Virus record (IMG/VR): IMGVR_UViG_3300036845_000232
Span: 1 to 59,048 of that record
DNA length: 59,048 bases
Reading direction: 5' to 3' (one strand)
From: a virus
Taxonomy: Duplodnaviria > Caudoviricetes
Part shown: positions 54,477-59,048 of the stretch, one piece after another
How the letters are laid out: each line of letters opens with the position of its first letter
How positions within the stretch are numbered: position 1 is the first letter of the stretch
Notes under the pieces: model-generated
Told to the model about the DNA's origin: nothing
The model's input: only the letters and a program-made list of their open reading frames with translations
Database searches by the model: none
Position numbers and translations under genes: made by a program

Positions 54477-55010
54477 ATGAACACGCTCACGCTCGACCCG
54501 CAGATGCTCGCCGTGATCGGGCAATATATGGTGCTCGGCCTCGGCATGCTGGTCGCCGCCTTCGTGCGCAGCCACATCAAGAACCAGGGCACCGCCGACA
54601 CGCTCGATCGCATCCTGCTCAACGCGGTCAATTTCGGCTTCAACATGGTTCCGGGGGCGCTGAAGGGAAAATCCATCTCGGTCGACCTCGGATCCTCGGT
54701 CGCCGCGCACGCGCTCAAATACGCGCTCGACGTCGGCGCCAAGGAGGCGGGCGCGCTCAATCTCGACGCGCCCGACATCGCCAAGCGGCTGCTTGCGCGC
54801 ATTCCCGGCATCGACGGGCAGATGTCGGCCGGAATCGTCCATGACGTGGTTGCCGCCGCCCAGGGACATCCGCCGCCGCTCGACCCTGCCGCCGTGCTGG
54901 CTTCCCTGCCGGCGGACGTGACCGCTGCCTTGCACGCGGCCCTCGACGGCGTGATCGCCGCCCGCAGCGCGCCGTCGCTGCAACCACAGGGCCGCCAGGC
55001 CGTCGCCTGA
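54477..55010 (+). CDS. Holin-like membrane protein
   Basis: One N-terminal TM plus a soluble helical domain; near the endolysin. Confidence 0.5.
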   Translation: MNTLTLDPQMLAVIGQYMVLGLGMLVAAFVRSHIKNQGTADTLDRILLNAVNFGFNMVPGALKGKSISVDLGSSVAAHALKYALDVGAKEAGALNLDAPDIAKRLLARIPGIDGQMSAGIVHDVVAAAQGHPPPLDPAAVLASLPADVTAALHAALDGVIAARSAPSLQPQGRQAVA

Positions 55011-55041
55011 TCCCGCAATCCTAAGAAACCAGGAGAGACCC

Positions 55042-55686
55042 ATGCGAAAGCTCGCCACCCTCGCGCTCGCCCTCGTGGCTGCGCTCGCCATCGTGCCCGC
55101 CCGCGCACAGGCGCCGGCGCCCGCCTCGCCCAACTGCACCGTCGCCAAGACCACCGGGTTCTACGCTGGCGTCAACGCGATCGGCGTCGGCTCCAACCTC
55201 GATATCGCCGGGCAAGGTCTCGCCGGCAGCCTCTTCGCCGCGGGCGGGCTCGCCGGCGCCAACGTCGGGTTCCAGTATTGCAAGGGCAATTACTTCGGCG
55301 CGGTCGAGCTCTCCGCCGACTATGACCTCTCCGGCATGACGCCGGGGGCAGGGGGTCGCTTCCTGGTGCTGGAGACCATCAAGGCGGGCGGCAGCCTCGC
55401 GAGCCTGATCGGCGGCAGCGCGACGCCGGCAACACCGTCGCCCACCATCAACCTTCCTGCCGCCCTCAACGCGCAGCTGATCTCGCCCTACGTGGTGCTC
55501 GGCGCCGCGCAGCGCTCGTTCGGCACCGGCATGGTGACCGGCGCCGGCATGGACTTCGCGCTCGGCGGCGGATGGTCGCTCGATCTCTCGTACCTCTACA
55601 TCAAGTACGACGGCGCGATGGCATCGTCCGTGCTCGGCGTGAGCAACGAGAACCTGGTCAAGATCGGGCTCAACTACGTCTTCTGA
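55042..55686 (+). CDS. Outer-membrane beta-barrel protein (Omp25/RopB-like)
   Basis: Signal peptide, TGFYAGVN, GAGMDFALGGGWS, C-terminal VKIGLNYVF. Confidence 0.85.
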   Translation: MRKLATLALALVAALAIVPARAQAPAPASPNCTVAKTTGFYAGVNAIGVGSNLDIAGQGLAGSLFAAGGLAGANVGFQYCKGNYFGAVELSADYDLSGMTPGAGGRFLVLETIKAGGSLASLIGGSATPATPSPTINLPAALNAQLISPYVVLGAAQRSFGTGMVTGAGMDFALGGGWSLDLSYLYIKYDGAMASSVLGVSNENLVKIGLNYVF

Positions 55687-55723
55687 CGCTTCGCCCTTTC
55701 ACCCCAAGTCCGAAAGTCGGCCC

Positions 55724-56008
55724 ATGATCCCGCGCGAGCCCGACCACTGGCAGGTCGACCGCAAGATCCCGCTCGCCCTGATCGGCGCCGTGCTCCTGCA
55801 GACCGCCGGCATGTCGTGGTGGGCCTCGGGCATGTCGATGCGGGTCGAGCAATTGGAGCGCCAGGCGGCGGGCATCTCGTCCCAATCCGAGCGCATCGTC
55901 CGGCTCGAGGAAAAGGTCGGCGGCATTCAACAGGGTATCGCGGAGATCAAGGCGATGCTGCAGCGGGCGAACGTCCCCGGGGTCCCGCGCGATCAGCCGC
56001 CCAAGTAG
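55724..56008 (+). CDS. TM plus coiled-coil protein (holin/lysis-associated)
   Basis: WQVDRKIPLALIGAVLLQTAGMSWWAS...RIVRLEEK. Confidence 0.7.
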   Translation: MIPREPDHWQVDRKIPLALIGAVLLQTAGMSWWASGMSMRVEQLERQAAGISSQSERIVRLEEKVGGIQQGIAEIKAMLQRANVPGVPRDQPPK

Positions 56009-56085
56009 CTGCAGGCGGACGCGGAACCGGCAACGGCAGCGATCCGCGGCCCGGGGCGAAAGCTCCGGCCAAATTGGAGAAATCC

Positions 56086-56235
56086 ATGACCAAGAAACAG
56101 GCCCTGCTCAAGCGCGCCGCTACCATCGCCCGCCGCCCGGAGCATCAATGGTGCGATCCCAAGCGCGTATCCAAATGCTACGGCTGCGCGTGTCGGAAGG
56201 AAGCGCGAGCGGAACTGCGGAAAGCTTCGCGCTGA
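56086..56235 (+). CDS. Small basic Cys protein
   Basis: GGAG RBS; H..C...C..C.C. Confidence 0.5.
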   Translation: MTKKQALLKRAATIARRPEHQWCDPKRVSKCYGCACRKEARAELRKASR

Positions 56236-56269
56236 TTTCCTGATCGTTCCGGCGTCCCATCCGGGATTT

Positions 56270-56309
56270 TCCCCGCGCTCCGGCTTCGGCCGGGCGCGGG
56301 GATTTTTTT
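56270..56309 (+). terminator. Late operon terminator
   Basis: GC stem with TTCG loop followed by T7, at the convergence point. Confidence 0.85.
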
Positions 56310-56314
56310 GCGTT

Positions 56315-56689
56315 TCAGGACGGTGGTCCAGCATTAGCGCGGCGAACTCGTACGATGGGAATGCCGGCATGTCTGGCAAGCTTCACCATATTGGCCGTGC
56401 CGCGTCCGCCTGGGAATGCGATCACCATGTGGGGCTTGGTAGCCTCTAGCATAAGTCCGTTTCGGATAGGCCCGGCTGCGTCCCCATATTTTTTCCAGTC
56501 CGCAGGAAACGCCTGTACGGACACGCCGCGTTCCTTGGCCCATAGCCCAGCAAGTGTGTCGGCGCCCGTTGCCGCGCCGTGAACCAGAAGCTCTATTGGG
56601 TTTGCCCAATGAGCGCGATCAAGAATCAAAAAGAGGCGGTCTCGATCATCGTAGCCTCGTCCGCCGCATACGAGAACGCGCTGCTGCAT
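56315..56689 (-). CDS. SLOG (YspA/DUF2493-like) protein
   Basis: RVLVCGGR, VHGAATGAD, ADWKKYG.AAGPIRN, AFPGGRGT. Confidence 0.88.
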   Translation of the reverse strand: MQQRVLVCGGRGYDDRDRLFLILDRAHWANPIELLVHGAATGADTLAGLWAKERGVSVQAFPADWKKYGDAAGPIRNGLMLEATKPHMVIAFPGGRGTANMVKLARHAGIPIVRVRRANAGPPS

Positions 56690-56726
56690 TGTAGTTTGCC
56701 TATCTCTTGAAATTGCCGAAAACTGG

Positions 56727-56828
56727 CCGGGGCGTCGGCTCGCTACTTCCGCACCAGCCCGAAGGCCGGACCCTTGGTTTCCCGCACATCAGCTTTCGCC
56801 GATTGGTGAGCATTCTGAGGGCACCCCG
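56727..56828 (-). ncRNA. Structured leader RNA with GAAA and UUCG tetraloops
   Basis: ATCGGC-GAAA-GCTGAT and CCGGCC-TTCG-GGCTGG enclosed by CGGGGT/GCCCCG. Confidence 0.55.
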
Positions 56829-56847
56829 AAACTCGTACACGTTCTAT

Positions 56848-57003
56848 CTATAACGGCACTCGTCCGATTGCGCTGTTCATCCGATCGCAGGCCGAGTCGG
56901 CCGAACGCTTCTTCTCGTAGTAGGCCACAGGATCGAAGCGGCCATCCGAATAGAGGAAGCCGACGCACCACCATTTCGTGTTGAGCTTGCGAACGGCATA
57001 CAT
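56848..57003 (-). CDS. Small hypothetical protein
   Basis: WCVGFLYSDGRF...A...CDRMN. Confidence 0.6.
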   Translation of the reverse strand: MYAVRKLNTKWWCVGFLYSDGRFDPVAYYEKKRSADSACDRMNSAIGRVPL

Positions 57004-57007
57004 GCGA

Positions 57008-57214
57008 CTATTGCCCATCAATGACCGGCGAGCCGCCGTTTGACCATGCCATCTGCATGATGAAATCACACGGGATATAGGTCCCATCGGAAAATTCGAT
57101 AAGCGTATCGCTGCCCAGGTCATGCATAAGGGTAGCGATTGCTCTCATCCCGTCCGCCCCGTGGCGCTTAGCAAGCTCGGCCATCATCGCTTCGATCTGT
57201 TCCATGGCAGTCAT
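57008..57214 (-). CDS. Hypothetical protein
   Basis: 68 aa. Confidence 0.55.
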   Translation of the reverse strand: MTAMEQIEAMMAELAKRHGADGMRAIATLMHDLGSDTLIEFSDGTYIPCDFIMQMAWSNGGSPVIDGQ

Positions 57215-57384
57215 CGCTTATAAGCTCGTGACTAAGTAAACTGCTTTGCGATACTCGCGGCGGCATTCTTCTGCGCGCTGCTCGGCCTTATCCAGCTCTC
57301 GTTTCCAGTGAAAAAGATCCTGCTGAGCCTGCTGGAGCGGCGTTTTTCTCGGCACGGGATCGCGGTTCATCCATGTCTCGGCTT

Positions 57385-57765
57385 TCATCGCTTTTGCTCC
57401 TGCGGCGGTGACTGCTCATCTCTGGACGGCATTGGCGCAATCCACTGCATCCGAGTGCAATCGCATCGCCAAAGAATTTCCCGCTCGGTGACGCCGCTCC
57501 CGCACGAACTGCACATCAGGTTTGGCGTAGGATTGTCCGCCTGCTCAACAGCATACGGGACTATGCCATCCCTGACACGCCGCGCGAAATCGCGCACGCG
57601 GCGGAATCGGTCGCGACCATCCCACTCGTTCTCCTCGTCGTCCATTTCTGCAATCATGTTGATGCCGCGCTGCAGCCGATTGATCTCGTTGACGAGGTCC
57701 TGCTTGCTGTCCATGACGAGCCGGCCCTCTCGATAGGCGCGATCAGCTTGCCGCTTCTCGATCAT
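57385..57765 (-). CDS. Hypothetical protein
   Basis: GAGGG RBS; C-terminal CSSC..CDC. Confidence 0.55.
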   Translation of the reverse strand: MIEKRQADRAYREGRLVMDSKQDLVNEINRLQRGINMIAEMDDEENEWDGRDRFRRVRDFARRVRDGIVPYAVEQADNPTPNLMCSSCGSGVTEREILWRCDCTRMQWIAPMPSRDEQSPPQEQKR

Positions 57766-57779
57766 CTTTCCCTCATTCA

Positions 57780-57956
57780 CTAGGTAGAACTGCGGTGAAA
57801 GCGTTCGGTCAGCCAGAGCGCAAGGAACGCCCAACCGGTCCAGTACATCATGTCGAAGTGCGCTTCCCAATTCGGGTGCAGGCCAAATAGGAGCTTCGCA
57901 GCTTGATAGAGGGCGCCGACGATTGCCCAGCATATCCAAAGCGCGAGACGGTTCAT
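57780..57956 (-). CDS. 58-aa two-TM Trp-rich protein
   Basis: MNRLALWICWAIVGALY...YWTGWAFLALWL. Confidence 0.5.
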   Translation of the reverse strand: MNRLALWICWAIVGALYQAAKLLFGLHPNWEAHFDMMYWTGWAFLALWLTERFHRSST

Positions 57957-58008
57957 GACTTCGTGTCCAGAGTTGTGATGTTCTCAAACGAATTGCGCTG
58001 CGCTTCCA

Positions 58009-58209
58009 TCAGTAGTCGCCATCCTCCAACACAAAGCAGCGCGGGACTTCGGTGTTGATCTGCCGAACAAACTGCATCCCATTTGGGCTAAGCTTGTGCT
58101 CAATGAGCGCCGCCCGCGTCAATTCAATCGCCTGGAGGAGGCTCTCCGCGACCACGATTGAAAGGCCACCGAGATAGTGACCGCCATGCCTGAATTCGTA
58201 GACGTTCAT
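58009..58209 (-). CDS. Hypothetical protein
   Basis: GHYLGGLSIVVAE...DGDY. Confidence 0.65.
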   Translation of the reverse strand: MNVYEFRHGGHYLGGLSIVVAESLLQAIELTRAALIEHKLSPNGMQFVRQINTEVPRCFVLEDGDY

Positions 58210-58428
58210 CGCTCAGGTTCCGTTTGCGAAGCAGTCGTCATAAGATTTCTTCGTGGATATTCTGCGCGGGAATAACCACACTCGGAATCTGGTCGGCGAT
58301 ATAGTGGCATGACGATGCCTGGTGCTCGTGGTGCTCTGCCTCGATTACCATTGCAGCAGCGCGCTCGCGCAGATGCCGCGCCTGCATTTGGAGATAGTTC
58401 GCTCGAAAGAGCCATTCTTGCTTCGTGG

Positions 58429-58719
58429 TCATCGCGTCTCGCTCCATGCTTCGCGCAGCAGTGCGTTCACCAATCGACACGTCTGGCGATTGTCCCTATT
58501 TAGGTTGAAGGCCATGTAACCTTTGCCATTTGGGACAGCGACCTTCTCATGACGCTTTATGGTCTTGCTGAACCTTCTTCCCAGAACATCATCCTGGATG
58601 ATCGTTCGCTCGACAGCGAACACTCGACCGTCCCGAGAAATCTCGTAAAGCCCTTCGTACCCCGGAACGGGACGAAACTCCTCCTCAGCATCGGGTCGCA
58701 TATGCGTCATCACTGCCAC
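58429..58719 (-). CDS. NUMOD4-domain protein lacking the HNH domain
   Basis: EEFRPVPGYEGLYEISRDGRV...GY...L. Confidence 0.8.
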   Translation of the reverse strand: MAVMTHMRPDAEEEFRPVPGYEGLYEISRDGRVFAVERTIIQDDVLGRRFSKTIKRHEKVAVPNGKGYMAFNLNRDNRQTCRLVNALLREAWSETR

Positions 58720-58904
58720 TCAAAGCAGTTGAGGGATTTATACTTCGGCTGCTTCAATCCCGTTTTCACCAGCAGCTTATGATTTCGCTCGTTCGGGACG
58801 CCCTCGACGACTTCAACCTCATATGGCGTGCTGAGCATCCGCGTATTGCACATGCCGAGTGTGATCTCTCTGGCAATGTACTTCCCTGGCTTGTCCGGCA
58901 CCAT
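58710..58904 (-). CDS. Hypothetical protein
   Basis: GAGGA RBS; PDKPGKY. Confidence 0.6.
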   Translation of the reverse strand: MVPDKPGKYIAREITLGMCNTRMLSTPYEVEVVEGVPNERNHKLLVKTGLKQPKYKSLNCFEWQ

Positions 58905-58921
58905 GACGTCGTTCCTCGGTG

Positions 58922-59048
58922 TTGCGGCGTCAGCGCTTCAATTCCGTGAGAGCATCGAACGAGTGGCCGTCCAGCAGCTTGTCCATGCCCGCGATCCAGT
59001 CCGGGTGATCGCCGATGCACTCGCCGTCGTGCTGGCGCAGGAACATGA
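58922..59048. repeat. Terminal direct repeat, copy 2
   Basis: Identical to 1-127. Confidence 0.95.

Overview
The window is an apparently complete, circularly assembled temperate phage genome of about 58.9 kb. Bases 1-127 are repeated at 58922-59048. It is GC-rich and has a P22/podovirus-type virion module: TerS, TerL, P22-like portal, scaffold, major capsid, gp4/gp10-like tail proteins and ejection proteins, with no tape measure. The host is probably a Hyphomicrobiales alphaproteobacterium, inferred from the tRNA-Ser fragment, the XRE and YdaU genes and the Omp25-like protein. Layout: leftward early/accessory arm (56.3 kb through the junction to 13.8 kb) with two C5 MTases, MazG, an Acb2-like protein, an AAA ATPase, integrase/xis/attP and RecT/exonuclease; cI/cro switch at 13.8 kb; replication genes at 15-18 kb; late structural and lysis operon at 20-56 kb. 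Most notable observations: (1) several unannotated structured intergenic RNAs in the late operon, including a tRNA-like double-T-loop element after the capsid gene, an ACGANA-hexaloop hairpin array before the scaffold gene and a twin-loop three-way junction; (2) virion-type proteins carrying Sec signal peptides and paired cysteines; (3) an attP holding a promoter plus the 5' half of tRNA-Ser(GCT); (4) a two-frame split C5 methyltransferase; (5) a possible gene nested in a TerL insertion; (6) an ATC-initiated ejection-protein gene. All protein calls come from motif recognition by eye. No database search was run.
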